Shown in pieces: positions 11,035 to 24,725 of a DNA stretch of 64,000 nucleotides. The notes beneath the pieces are model-generated. The model had not been told where the DNA came from. It searched no databases and saw only the letters and a program-made list of their open reading frames with translations. This stretch comes from Octopus sinensis (lineage: Eukaryota). The translations under genes and the position numbers were made by a program. The stretch covers positions 71,610,001-71,674,000 of the forward strand of contig NC_043007.1 in assembly GCF_006345805.1 (NCBI RefSeq), written 5' to 3'. Positions within the stretch are counted from its first letter, which is position 1; every line of letters starts with the position of its first letter.

Positions 11035-12742
11035 ATATATATATACGATATATATATATATATATTGTATATATATATATATATTATATATATATATATT
11101 ATATATATATATATATATATACGTAATGGGCAACTTTCAGTTCCAGTCTACAAAATCCACTCAGAAGGCTTTGGTCAGCCTGAAGCCATAGTAGAAGACA
11201 TTTGCCCAATGTGCCATACAGTATGTATAAAGTAATAATGCTGGAAAAATATTACTTACAAATAAGTATTTTCCACTGTTTCTGCATTGCAAATGAAGAT
11301 TCTCTCCTGTAGCAGTGTTGAATGTTTCTTTGAGAAATAGTTGGTAATGACTGTCGATTAAAAAGAGGACAACAATTAGCATGTCACTATGACACAACAT
11401 TATTTTATTGGAGTCTATTTGATGTATGCTTTATCAGTTAAGCTTGTCAAAAGGTAAATTGTTAATGATAACAACAAAATTATTTTTGTCATTACCATTA
11501 TCAATTATCTTTAATGTTGTATTTAGTGTTTTGCATCTTAAAATTTATAACAATGATGATTGGAAATTAGAGCTAGAGAAAGGAAAACTGAATGTGGAAT
11601 GGAATAAGAGAAGAAACAGGGGCTGACATAAGAATGGGGTTGTCTGTCTATACATTGAAAAATGGGTGAGGGTTTTGAGTGGAAGTTGTCAAATTAACTG
11701 GACAATCTTTTATTGGATAAAATTTTGAGGACATGAAGAGATACTTTGTGGTTTGTTCCATGTTCTGACAAATGTCTACATGTTAAAGGAAATAAAAGAA
11801 GAAACAAATAAGAATTAAAATGGAAAAACTGGATATTAAAATTATAGAAAATAAATGAATAAGCACAGAGAACAATGGAAACCTAAATCATAGATAGTAG
11901 TATAGCTGGGAACAGTGAGAAGGGCAGTGAGGATGGAAGCTGGTGGGGTAGTGAGGAGGGAATGGGGGCAGTGAGGTGTAAGTGGGAGCAGTTAGGAGTA
12001 AGTGGGGGAAGTTAGGGGATCAGTTGGTGGGAGGAGTTAGTGGGCAGTTAAGGGAACAGTTAGGGGTGCAGTTAAAAGGAGCAATTGAGGGAGGGGGAGG
12101 GCAAAGACACTGTTATGGGAGTGGCACACTCTCTAACTATGTCACTGGTCAAGGATAAAAATAAGATGGACATAACAAGACCTTCAGCTGTCAACCTGAA
12201 GGTCATAGTGGCAAATACACATACATACACTTTTTTTTTTTACTTTGATATAGATGAGGGGGAAATGTTCATAAACAGAGGCAGAGAAAGAGTGACATGA
12301 AGAAGAGAAGAGATAAATGAGATGAGTCATTATGGAAGGAGGCTTTAAGCCAGATGGTTTGAGAGATTACAGGCAACTGGAGATGTAATACACACTGGGA
12401 TGGGCAGCAGCAGGAAACAGCATAGACATTTGTAAGAGATTGTCGTGTTTGTGAATGAGTCTTTGCCAATTACATTAGATAACCATCTTTTGGATACATC
12501 TACGATGTGTGTGTGCGTGTAGTAACAGCATCATTCCAAATGTGTGAGTAGTACTCCATTGAAGATCTCTCTTAACCTTTTTAGAGGGTCAGCAGTTGAT
12601 AAGTATTTTCTGACCCCCAAAGACAAAGGTTAATCTTTAAGACGCAGATTTCACTGTATTAAGTCCAAAGTATTACCAGGTAATATTACCAGAGATTGTC
12701 CCTCAGGTAGCTATCAACCCTTTCTACCAAAAGAATTTTTAA

Positions 12743-12962
12743 CCCTTTAGCATTCAGATTACTCTGTCAAATGTAAAGCCTATTTAATTACATTGTTTTA
12801 AATTAATTGTACAGCATCTTGTAACTCTGATATTTCGATGATGACCCTGTTTATTTTTAGAATGACTTTGTAGGGTAGGTGTGAGAGGTCAGAGCTGGCT
12901 AGTTTGAGCATAAAACAGGAAGGCAATTTTGGCCTGATATGGCCAGTTTAAACACTAAAGGG
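12743..12962. mobile_element. TTAA-flanked MITE (piggyBac-like)
   Basis: TTAA|CCCTTTAG...CTAAAGGG|TTAA, 220 bp. Confidence 0.85.
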
Positions 12963-12979
12963 TTAAACTCAATATTAGG

Positions 12980-13190
12980 GCAGTGAGCTGGTAGAAAATA
13001 CTTAGTGGAATAAATACTTTGCGGCATTTTGTCTGTCTTAACATTCTGAATTCAAATTCCACCAATGTTGACTTTGTTTTTCATCCTTTTGGGGTTGATA
13101 AAATATGTAATAATGGAGGGCTGGAGTCAATGTAACCAGCTTACTCTCTCCTCCAAATTTGCTAGCCTTGTGCCAAAATTTGAAATCAGT
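12980..13190 (+). mobile_element. SINE family D
   Basis: gagctggtagaa head, ttcaaattcc B-box-like motif, catccttttggggttgataaaat core. Confidence 0.65.
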
Positions 13191-15267
13191 TTTATCAGAG
13201 ACTGTGAGGTCTAATATTGACAGCAACTATGAGTATTTAGTTATGGGATAATGAAGATTAGAAAGGATGAAGATTAGCTGAAGAGAAAGGAAGGTGCTGG
13301 GTTTAAAAGTGGTGCAATGGTCTAGGAAGTATTTGAAGGTGAGAAGACCATAATTGTATGTGATAACAGGGTTTCAGGATTTAATATTAAAAGTGTTCTG
13401 GAGAAAGGAGGATCCAAGGATGAGGGAGGAGTTGAAAAGGCAAATTACAGGATTAGTGACATAGATGGAGGGGGAGGGGGAGGAAAGAAACAATGAATAG
13501 GAAAATTCTATCAAGCCATTTGGAAGTGTGACGGGGCAATTGCTAACAGAGATGATGATGAGGCCAGCTGCTTTGATTACAGTATTATTGTAGCAGTGGA
13601 GTTGTAAAAGCATGGCGTGTTGAGCTTGGGTGGTGTTGAGATAGTAAATCACTTAGAAAGGTTGAAAAGGTCCACCATGTGGTAGCAAAATCTGATAGTA
13701 TCCAGGATTTCAGATTAGCCTGGAGTTGGTGTCCAGTGGGTGGTTGACAACAAAAGATATATAACAAATACTTGAGCATACAGTGCCAACAGCACTATTT
13801 GATATGATTTTTTTTATCTGAAGATGTTTGGGCAAGGGGTTAGTTCTGGTTACCAAGAAGTTTCAACTGACAAGTTTGCATACTACAGGTTGATAAAAAC
13901 ATTAGGAACATTGTAAATAACTTTAGCTTAATCATGTACTTTGTCATGTATAAATAACTTGAGCTTTGCCATGTAGTTTACAATGTACTTCATAATGTAC
14001 TATAGATAGCCTTTGGTTCACATACTTCTTAGCCAAAAATATCTCCCCAGAAACCATATGTTTTTGAGTTCTCTTTCATTTCGTCATCAGTTTAATACAA
14101 ATCTTGTTGAGACATGAACAGCCAGGAAGTAGTAATGCAGTCATTAATTTACAGATCCCACCCCACCACCTCAACCCATTCTGCAGAATGTATTACTTTC
14201 TTATGAATTTCTCACAATGCAATAATCCTCAGCTTTCCAAACTCAGCATAAGAACACCAATCTCACGCAGTCTATTCCTTCTCTTAAATCAGAAGTGATA
14301 CCTCAACATTTCTTCCTGTCTCTTTCCCCTTTTTGCAGCTGTTTTCAATGGGCAAGTTACTTGTTATTTTTGCCATTTCTAGTCTTCCATAATCGTTTGT
14401 TTTGGTCTTTCACTTACACAGTTATGTTAATACATTGGTTTTCAGTATATTTGGCCATCATTTGTAGCTATAGCTGAATCTATAAAACAAGATCCCATTG
14501 ACTGAATGTAAATGTGTGCCAAAATGAGCAGATCTAACAAAGGGAGCTTGACTATTTTCATTGGCTATAAAATATCAGTCAGTATACTCAGAAATTTCCT
14601 AGCCACTTCTTCCCTGCAGCCCAATGTATATTATATAAGGAAGCTATTTTTGGAAATTAATCAGAAAGAAAAGCTAGTTGGCTCTAGCTCATGGTTGATC
14701 TCTGAGCAAATGTATTTTAACATGTGCATACATTCTCTTTTTATTTCTCTCCCACTTCCTGCAGTGACCAGCCAACAAACAGCACATTGACACACACCCT
14801 TTCACTTGTTTAATCTCCCTGTCAGACAACACAGAGGTGTTTCCACATGCAAATGTGAACTGAACTTAACTGTTGTTTTCTAAACATTACTTTATGAAAA
14901 GAAACTTTTCTTATTTAACAGAATAAGAAGGTTTTAAAGTTTCTTATTGTTGAGTGGTGGAAGAATTCACAATGTGTTGGAGGAGAATCCAAATGAGAAA
15001 TTGATAGAAAAGATTATGTGGAGAATAACATTTTATTCAAATGAAAATATATTATTCATCAAGGCACTTTGATCTGATAGTTTTTATAATAAGTGTTGAA
15101 ATGTTCTTTCCTAATAGGTTTCTTTCGGTTATGTAAAGAATAGTGTTAACAAAGTAGTTGAAATTTTTGTTAGGACAGAGGGTTTATGCTGAATTAAACT
15201 TGTTAGATCGATTCATCTCAGGATGCAAATTCATATAAAAAATGAATTTTGCCAATGAGATGAAATA

Positions 15268-15485
15268 TTGGTTTCACATTTTGGCACAAGGCCAGCAATT
15301 TTGATGGATTGGATAAGTTGATCACATCGACTCCTGTGTTCAACTGGTAATTATTTTATCAACCCTGAAAGGATGAAAGGCAAAATTGACCTCAGTGGAA
15401 TTTGAACTCAGAACATAAAGATAGACATAATGCTGCCAAACATTTTGCCAAGTATGCTAATGGTTCTGCCAGCTCACCACCATAA
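15268..15485 (-). mobile_element. SINE family D
   Basis: Reverse complement of the family D pattern. Confidence 0.65.
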
Positions 15486-15822
15486 TGGGATGAAATATTA
15501 AAAATTTTGGCTATGACAAGGATCTCTTTAGAGATTGGGATATCAACTATGGAAGACTAGTGATGCCAAAATCACTACTTTTCCTTATTTTTTTGTCATT
15601 CTCTATTGGGCCATCTTGTCCAATATAAATTTTAAAAGATGAAGAAAACAAAACTTTGTTGAATTAAAATTTCAGTTTTTTTATGGATGTCCTCCTTATC
15701 TTCCTGTTGTTAAATACAAATGACCACATTCATATTTGTTTTAGCACTTGATTAAAGTTTATTAACAATATAAAGTAGTTAAACATTTTCTGAGATGGAT
15801 TCTTAGAATTCTATCTATTCTT

Positions 15823-16238
15823 GGATCTTTTCGGTTTGAACGGCAGTTTTTTCTAGCGGTGTCATATGAAATTGTCACCCATAATTATGACCCTAGTATC
15901 GATCTATTGCATTTCAATCTATTTTAGGGTTAGGGTTAGGGGTGGGGGAAGGGTATCTTTTTTCTTCACAAATGTAAATAAACCCAATCTGTTTCTTAAA
16001 TAAGGGACATATTCATACAGCACAGAATGTTTTTTTACCTCAATACACATCAGTGATTGGTTGAAATTGCAGAAATTGAAGAAAAAAAACAACAAATATC
16101 TTGCAAACTACAGAATTTTCTCAATAAAGCCAAGAGAAAAAGATATTTTATAAACACCTTGTACCAGTATACGAAGTTTAAAATTTTTTAGTTACCTAGG
16201 AATTATGTTAAAAACTGCCGTTCAAACCGAAAAGATCC
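15823..16238. mobile_element. MITE copy 2 with perfect 8-bp TSD
   Basis: TSD ctattctt at 15815-22 and 16239-46; ~28-bp TIRs; internal TTAGGG repeats. Confidence 0.92.
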
Positions 16239-16645
16239 CTATTCTTTCCAAACATCAAACACATAAATATTTCTGACATGCTCTTATTTCCTCTATGATA
16301 TTTCTGCTCCACTCATGCTACCATAGGAAAATGGATGTTAAATGGGCAGATGGACATCTTATAGATTTTTTCCCAACGACTACTTTATTTAACTCCAGAA
16401 AATATATTCATCTTGAAACTGAATACATAATTTCAGTGTTCTGTTTGCATCTTGCCCTAATAAATCCATAAGAATTGTGGTTGCAATAAAAACAAATGTA
16501 AGGTAAATGCCGAGACAAAGGAAAATCATCAACATTTCGGAATTGATAGTTTTCTTTTTCCTTGCTGCAATTACAGGTACTTTTATTTACTTTCAGTTTT
16601 ATTACTATAGTATTTCATTTGGATTACTTGTTGTTGAGTGAATTT

Positions 16646-17064
16646 GGATCTTTTTGGTTTGAATTGCAGTTTTTTCTAGCGGTGTCATATGAAATTGTCA
16701 CCCATAATTATGACCCTAGTATCGATCAATTGCATTTCAATCTATTTTAGGGTTAGGATTAGGGGTGGGGAGAAGGATATCTTTTTTTCTTCACAAATGT
16801 AAATAAGCCCAATCTGTTTCTTAAACGAGGGACATATTCATACGGCACAGAATGTTTATTACCTCAATAAACATTAGTGATTGGTTGAAATTGCAGAAAT
16901 TGAAGAAAAAAAAAACAACAAATATCTTACAAACTATAGAAATTTTTCAATAAAGTTAAGAGAAAAAGATATTTTATAAACACATTCTACCAGTATAAGA
17001 AGTTTAAAATTTTTTAGTTACCTAGAAATTATGTTAAAAACTGCAGTTCAAACCGAAAGGATCC
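16646..17064. mobile_element. MITE copy 3 with 8-bp TSD
   Basis: TSD gtgaattt/gtgaatat (7 of 8); same orientation as copy 2. Confidence 0.9.
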
Positions 17065-18289
17065 GTGAATATAAGGTAAAAACAAGAAAATGACAAAATT
17101 AGAGGGAAAGATTTTAACATAATTGTAATTATCATAACACTTGAAAGGAAAGGAAAGAGTCCTTTACTTTTCAGATGCTAGTCCTTCATCAGAAAAAAAA
17201 AAGAAAAAATGGAAAGAAATTAATTTATTTTATATATTTTAAAGACTTTTGGAGGTTTTTAGTTGTTTCTACTCCTCACACAAGAATAAATGAAAAAGCT
17301 CATTGATGGCGCCTAAATGGTAATTAGAAAGTTACGTATTTGAAAGTATATTCAATGTTATTCAGTAAATTGGGCAGCTAAAATATATTTAGGACCACGG
17401 AGAGAATGCAACATGGAAGATAACTCCAGACAAACTCCACATCTCTATGAAGTGTCTCTTAGATCGCGTCTTGAAATTTTTACAGCTTATCAAAGGACAT
17501 TTAAGTTAGTATTGACATGTTTAATGAGGGAAGCATAGAAAAGACAGCTAAAATTGTAGGTAAGAAAAAGATGGGAGTGGAGAAAGGAAGAGCAAATCTG
17601 TCGAGTAAATTTAATTGTTACGGGAGATAACTCCGGCCGATACTGCAATTCACCGCTTAAGAGGAATTAAAGGCGGAAGAGGGGTATAAATAATTGCATA
17701 ATATTATACACTGGTTCACATAGAAAAGTAGAGGTGTTGACATCGTAACTATAAGAAAACACAACACGTTGACTGTTTAATGTTCTAATTATTAAATATG
17801 TTTTACTTACATTACACTTTAAATGTCAGAGCATAAAGTCCAACACAAATTTAATCTTTCAGTGTTTCTCTTCTTCCATACCAACATTTGTTATTAAATA
17901 TCGATTTCTTAGCTACCGCTTAGGTAAAATTACAGAGAGGCTACACTTCGCGAAGTATGATTTAAAAAAGCATGAAACCCAGCCGAAGCAGCCTTACTGT
18001 ATTTACCGATGAAACAAGTAATGTTAGTCACCAATTAAAGCTGTTTTATCTAGAGTATTTCAATATAAATTGTCTTCGTAATGTTCTTATCTACAAAACT
18101 AAAGCGTTATGTGATCACTAGAAATAGCAGCCACATTTTTCTTAAATCACAGCCTATTATCGAAAATAAAGGGCACACTTAGCAGTGTATACCTAGCGAC
18201 ACATCTTTGATCATAACTCTTTAGGACCTAGACAGACCATACGAAACACTAGTACAATTACTGAACCCTCATACATACATATATAGATA

Positions 18290-18312
18290 GATAGATAGAT
18301 AGACAGATAGAT

Positions 18313-18346
<34 letters not shown>

Positions 18347-18410
18347 CAAATAGAAGATAGATGATAGATAGATAGATAGATAGGTAGATATATAGATGAT
18401 AGATAGATGC
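18290..18410. repeat. (TAGA)n microsatellite
   Basis: Long imperfect tagatagata run. Confidence 0.9.
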
Positions 18411-18540
18411 GAATATGTGTGTGTGTGATTTTCAGTTCATCATCCAGAAGTTAAAGAAGTGTTTTCTCTCTATACGACTTAAGAGTTTTAATTAATTTTG
18501 TTTTCGAACAAACTATACAACTGCAGCCGAGTTTTGAGCG

Positions 18541-18880
18541 CCAATAGCGCGGGGAAAATCCACACCCCCACTTCTGTTGACGTATTCTAAATTTGTCTAA
18601 TATTTATGTATGATTGCGAGCATAATAATTTCGTTTAAAGGTGACGTGGTAAAGGGTTGATGTGTGACGTTTTATGTGGTAGAGATAAAGAGAAAGGGTG
18701 ACAGAGAGGTGAAGAATTAAGGAAGCAGAAAGGTAGACAACACTGACATAGGGGAAATCGAAAAGGTAACAAAAACAATGGCTAACGTTATTGGTGTTAC
18801 GTCATGTTCATGTGATTAATATTGGCCAATCAAACGTAAGAAACACTCTCGTAATGAGCAGAAGGGAAAGTACTTTCCAG
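18541..18880 (+). promoter_or_regulatory. Candidate Rel promoter region
   Basis: CCAAT 18541; kB-like GGGGAAAATCC 18551-18561; TGACGTGG 18642-18649; TTACGTCA 18797-18804; ATTGGCCAAT 18821-18830; palindrome GGAAAGTACTTTCC 18865-18878. CpG-retaining and 170-510 nt upstream of the candidate ATG. Confidence 0.45.
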
Positions 18881-19051
18881 GAATATCGTATCCGTATTTT
18901 ACTCGAAGTACTTAAATAATTCATTGGTGGATCACATTTTTGTTTTAAATGAGTAACTTATTTTAAACAGTAATTGGGATTTACATTTCATATTTTTCAA
19001 TTGAGGCGATTCTTCATTAGCTTTATATTGGAAAAGCTATACGAACCAGTC

Positions 19052-19070
19052 ATGGATAATATCTCTGTCA
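19052..19070 (+). CDS. Rel: Probable first coding exon of Rel (MDNISV + 1 nt)
   Basis: cagtcATG GAT AAT ATC TCT GTC A|gtaagt: strong donor, phase 1, compatible with the phase-1 acceptor at 56451. No homology support for so short a peptide. Confidence 0.45.
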
Positions 19071-19844
19071 GTAAGTGCCTTCTTAATAAATGTAAATATT
19101 AGCAATATTAATGTTCAACTACGAATTAAATTATCTCGTATTAATACTTAAATACGTTTTTTCTTTTCAGTATCAAGTTGTTCTTTGCTCATAATATATT
19201 TCGATCTCTGTGTAACATTTCGGTTTCATGATCAATCATTACACTCCAATTAACTACATATAGGATACAATTATATATATTCTGTTATCAAATTTAAAAC
19301 CTTCATAGATGATTTATCAATTACATGATGTTGTTTTATCAATTATTTCGCACTAAATTCAATGTCAAGAAATCTCATTTTCGAGCAGACAGGGTTTTCG
19401 ATTTCCGGTTTCGTGTTATTTTCATATTGATGTTTTCGTTTATGTTATCTCTATACGTTTATTTTATTTTCATTTCGAGCGATCTATGATTATTATTTAA
19501 AATATAATTTTACCTAAAATATTAGCGATCAAGTAGTCATAAACCACCCAAAGCATCTGTTTGTGTATGTGTTTACACATTCTAATTAGCTTTACCAGGT
19601 GTCGTTTGTCTTGAAGTTAGACTTAAGTGTCATGTTTTACGTTGTTATAACTACTTCAACCCTATTAATAACCGATGAATTAACTATTTGATACTCTAAA
19701 ATAATAGATGCAGTAGTTATGTCGATCACCTATTCTTTCCACTTTCGTTAAAAAGTGCCTATATATAAACGAGAAAAGAACATCTCTTTATAATACTGAA
19801 ACTAACGTGTGTCATAATGATGTCTGATCTACGCATAAGGCCAC

Positions 19845-20030
19845 AGATTTCGGAGGAAGAGTTCGCCGATTAAATTGATGGCAGTAATTGGAGGATACTT
19901 TATTTCATCGAGCCCGAAAAGATGAAAGGCTAAGTTGACCTTGACGGGACTTAAATTCGGAATGTAAAGAGTCGTAGCTAAATGCTGCAAGACATTTTAT
20001 TTGACATTACCGATTCTGCTAATATATCGA
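19845..20030 (-). mobile_element. SINE family D, diverged
   Basis: gaaaggctaagttgaccttgacgggacttaaattc resembles the family D reverse complement. Confidence 0.55.
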
Positions 20031-22917
20031 CCCATCTGTGAATAAATAATAATTACTTTTGACAGCTGCTTTTATAGGGAGGAAGTATTATCGATTAAAG
20101 TGACCACAATATATTTGATCGATTTTGGATGAAGCCATGGGAAGCAGATCTGATTTTAAGAGAATTTAGACACGCACATACACAAAAACCGGAAACGCAA
20201 AACATATAATTTCCTTTAAGGTTCAGTAAATTAAGTGAACTGTTGTAATTTTGTCATCTGAATTCATACTACCGTTCCAGTAGGAAACAATGCTTTGTTT
20301 TCGTCTTTAATAATTACAAGATGTATTTTTCTTGTGACACATGTACATAATATTTACATATTCCCTGCTCGGCGAAGGTAAAGAATACGCACACCTGATG
20401 TTTAGGGTTAAGGTTACGCCGAAAATGGGTGAATTGCGCATTCTTTAATTCTGCCTTTGGCTGTATACCTGACGTTGCCCAGGGTAAAAGGTTGCTAGAA
20501 ATAACCTAGGATTGTATTAATAGAACACTATTGCATTTTAAAATGGTTATCAGTGATTTAAAGAACAAAATTATTTTCAATGCACGTTTAATAGTCCGGT
20601 GTCCTGCTAAGGTGATCAATATTAATTGTATATCTCGTAATTTCAGTGTGTAAATAGCATCTATACTATAACGAAATATATATAACTTAAACGTGTTAAA
20701 TAAAGTGAATGCGAAGATAATTTTATTTTCATTTAAAACTGCTACAGAAGATTATTTTATTTTATTCTTGAAATTCTTTAATTCGTAAAATAAGTTGGAA
20801 AATGTGGAGGAACGTGAATATTAGCCGGTGTAACCTATCTATTTATAATTAAAATCATTGTAATAATGTGCGGAAACGAGGGTGCTCAGAGAAACCCACA
20901 CATTTCAAATACTGGAACTGTATGTAATACATGCAGTGATTAAGAAATGACATTAAGATATGGAACAAACCCTAGCGTATATAAAAATAGATCTGTACCC
21001 ATCGTGGCTTTAATAATTCCGAACATTTTCATACCAGCACCTCAGGATATTCAGTATTTTTAGTTTTATCTACAGGGGGCACAAAGAAAAATATTTGGGG
21101 GTCTTCCAACACTTGAATATCATATGTAAAGTTAGCCATTAGAAAGCACTATTTATTACTCAGTGTTCTGAGTATGATGATAAACCACATTTGACAGAAA
21201 AGCCTCTGATCGGAAGATTGGATGTTCTGAGGAGTGTGGAATACCCTCTTAATTGCCGTTGTTCCAAGGTTCATCCTGACCCAGGTTGGTAACACCTGGT
21301 ATGGGCAAATAATGAACCCAGCAGAGGAAGGTCACTCATCAACACCCCAATGCCACTAATAGGCTAGGCTAGCAGAAGAGCAACTTTGACTAAAAATCAC
21401 CCTGCTAGTCGGTTTGACCGAGGAAAGCAAGGCTTCATAGATTGGGACCTATAACTTCAGAGTTGAAATCCAAATGTCTGTATTCTTGGCAGATTGGTGC
21501 AACTCCTTGTTTGACTTAGCATGTCACACAAGAACCTGGAACCATAGTGTGTGGGCTTCAACCTGGCAAGCTGTCATTCATCTTAAACAAATTCAAATCA
21601 ACAGCTCATTTCAGCCCATCCCGTCCATCTTCTGCTTCATTCTTGCTGCCTAAATTTTCAAAAGTCCAAAAAGCGATGGCATAAGTATGTCAGGAGTAGA
21701 CTGTAGTCTAGTCATTTATTACTAAAAATACAGCCCAGCAACTGTTAGTGTTTTCCTTTGAGATTTGTTATCTGACATGGTTAAGTCAGAAACTGAAATC
21801 ACCTAAATCAACATGCCACATCTCCCAGTGAAAATTAGTAGTCTTACTGACATTTAGCATAAGTTTCTTAATAGCTGTTCTGTGCCAACATGGAACCTTA
21901 GCTGCAGCATTATTTGGGATTTTTTTTTATTTTTGATAACTGAAATTTGTTGGGCAGGAAACTTAGAAGTTCCAATGGATTAAAAGTTTCAGCCTTAAAA
22001 TTAACTATATCTTCCTGATCCCAAACAGTATCTGTTGCAAGAAGACTGTTTCCTAGAAGTTCCTGCTGCGGCATCCAAACATTATTTTTTTGCTCCATCA
22101 CTTGTGAGTTAATGTTGTTGCATGTTGAAGAATACCTTCAATATCAATTTATCTATTATCTTCACCATTGCATTTATAGGAGGTGGGTTCATATTGCCAT
22201 TACTAATAAGAAGAAATTTTCCCTCCTCGACAAGTAACAAATTTTTTGCAAAATGACCTCTCAGCTGTTCTTAAAATGATTGACTTTTATGTTTGCATAT
22301 AAATTTGACGATTTTAACATTGGTTCAAAGTGATCATGATTGAAAACAAACATGGATTTCATCAATTTTTATTCTGTTTTAGACCACTGACAGGTTCTGA
22401 TAGAAGTCACCTAGTAATACTACTGCTACTTATCCCATTTCAGATCCATTGTCCTGCAATGGTCTGTCCAGGGAACTTCTGGGTTCTCTTGTGAGCAATT
22501 ATACATTTTTCTCAGACAATAATTTAGCATCATTTAAGTGTTCTTGTGAGTGGGTACATCATTTGTGCCTAAGCCTTATGGGAGTTTGAAAGCAGAATAT
22601 GTTGTACAGCAGCCAGGAAGGATTGTAGTAGCAATACTTGAAGAAACAACTGCAGTAGCCCTCCCTTTATGTTGATGGATTTTGGTATGCATTAGATGGT
22701 CTGGAATGTCTTTGTAGTTCCATCATAAAGGTACATTGAGGAAAGTAGTGACTATGAAAATGTACTAATTGGTGAGAGAGTGATCAGCAGTCATAAGATC
22801 ATTGAGGTCAATGTTTGGTAAAAATATTCTGTTTCTGCTAAGTTTGTTGCCATCGATGTTGACCTCTGTTATAACCAATGTTTAGAGGAAATTCATAGAA
22901 ATGACATATACTGCCTT

Positions 22918-23285
22918 TATTCTTTTACTTGTTTCAGTCATTTGACCATGGCCATGCTGGAGTACTGCCTTAAAAGGGTCCTTTTTAGTTGAAGAAATCG
23001 CCCCCCCCCCGGACTTATTCTTTATGAGCCCAGTTCTTGTTCTATCAGTCTCTTTTGCCAAACTACCAAGTTACATGGACATAAAAACACCAACATCAGT
23101 TGTCAAGCAATGATGGGGGGACAAACACAGACATAAAAACACACACATAAATATATATATAAAATAGGCTTCTTTCAGTTTTGATCTACCAAATCCACTC
23201 ACAAGGCATTGGTCAGCCAGAGACTATAGTAGCAGACACTTGTCAAGGTGCCACGCAGTGCGACTGACCCCAGAACCTTGAGGTT
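22918..23285 (-). mobile_element. SINE family A nested in the Helitron relic
   Basis: Full family A pattern. Confidence 0.75.
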
Positions 23286-24554
23286 GGGAAGTGAGCTTCT
23301 TACCACACAGCCATGCCTGTGCCTTTATTTGAATTAATTTTGAAAAATCTTTCCTCTCACAATATAGAAACGTTTCTCATGGCTCCAGCAGACAAAACAG
23401 AAAAGGCATTGCCCTGAAAGACTGTGAGGGAAATATATTGGAAATATAAATATAAATACCAAGAAAGCAAACTCTAGTTTCTTATTGTTGAATTTTGCCA
23501 AAAATCTCAGAATAGTCTACTTTCTGGTGTGTTTTAAGTTTCATTATCATTTGCATTTGCTATTGACATGTCAACATTATATGATACCTTGTTCAGAGAT
23601 TTTATTGCCTGATTCTTGACTTCAGTGTATTTAGATTAAAGAAGGCTGTATTTTCTAATTTCTTAGCCATTTGTATCCTTGAGCTTAATAATGAACACTG
23701 TATTGTAGATATTATCTATGTATTCCCTGTTTCTATACCAGAGTCTATCTGTTGAGTTTGATACTTGAAATCTTGGCAAGGTCATCATGGTGCTGAACCA
23801 ATGCTAAAATGGGTTGGATTGTTGACTGCATTTTAACAGTAGTGCTAAAAGATTCCTCTGATTAAATTGCAGCCAACTAGGCATCATTTTCTTGTAATGG
23901 AAGTATGAGGAATGTAGGTGGTACAAACTTCCTCATTTACTATATGAAGATCTTGAAATGAATTTGAATGCATTATTCTCAGGAGAAGTTGTAAAAAGGA
24001 ACATTAATGTTGAATGATGGCATGTACGATAAACTGTCTTCCAATGACACTGTCAAAATTTATTGTTAGGTTGGCTTTTATTAGTAGTGCCTTGCTTTCT
24101 TCATCTCCATTGCTTGTCATTCCAAGTATAGTAGGATGATAACCTACCATATATGGAATATTTCAAGGATCATAATGACAGTCCATCTTGACAAGGGCTG
24201 AAATTCCCTTGGATTATGTGTTTGCAGTTGTTGGAGTGAAATAAACCAATTGGTAATTTTCCAAGAGGACAGCAAGTTGTAGAGTGCTGCATTATCTTCA
24301 TGAATGGGGAGGATGAAAAAGTCAAGACAGACTCATTCATGCCTCGTTGCAATTGATTCAGTGTCCTTGCTGGAATTGGGTAACTTCATTGCAACTGTTT
24401 TGAATCATCTGAGAAAACATTGCAATGATAGATGCTATGATGTCATATTTGCAGACAGATGAACTTTATTGTCTTGCAGCAGTTAACACTGTATGCATTA
24501 CATTTTTAGTTATTCATCTGTTGTCAATATCTTACTGTCCAGTTTAAGGCAGAA

Positions 24555-24725
24555 TTGTTAGCACACCAGCCAAAATGCTTAGTGGCATTTAATCCGTCTG
24601 AGTTCAAGTTCTACAGAGGTCAACTTTGCCTTCATCCTTTCAGGGTTGGTAAAATAAGTATCAGTTGAGTACTTGAGTTGATGTAATAGACTATCACCCT
24701 CTCCCAAATTTCAAGCCTTGTGCTT
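24555..24725 (+). mobile_element. SINE family D nested in the Helitron relic
   Basis: aaaatgcttagtggcatt...catcctttcagggttggtaaaataagta. Confidence 0.65.

Noticed and set aside
13240-13790. Possible LINE remnant (also 29200-30100)
   Set aside because: Composition is suggestive but I could not read a diagnostic motif.
15921-15945. True or interstitial telomere
   Set aside because: Only 2-3 TTAGGG units, inside a TSD-flanked MITE.
17160-17200. Minus-strand CTGATGA-AGGA-CTAGCA-TCT-GAAA
   Set aside because: Core and stem II are suggestive but no stem I or stem III pairing; at most a decayed relic.
18778-18819. ATG in good context as the Rel start
   Set aside because: Stop after 13 codons; the only phase-1 donor (G|gtgtta) is weak.
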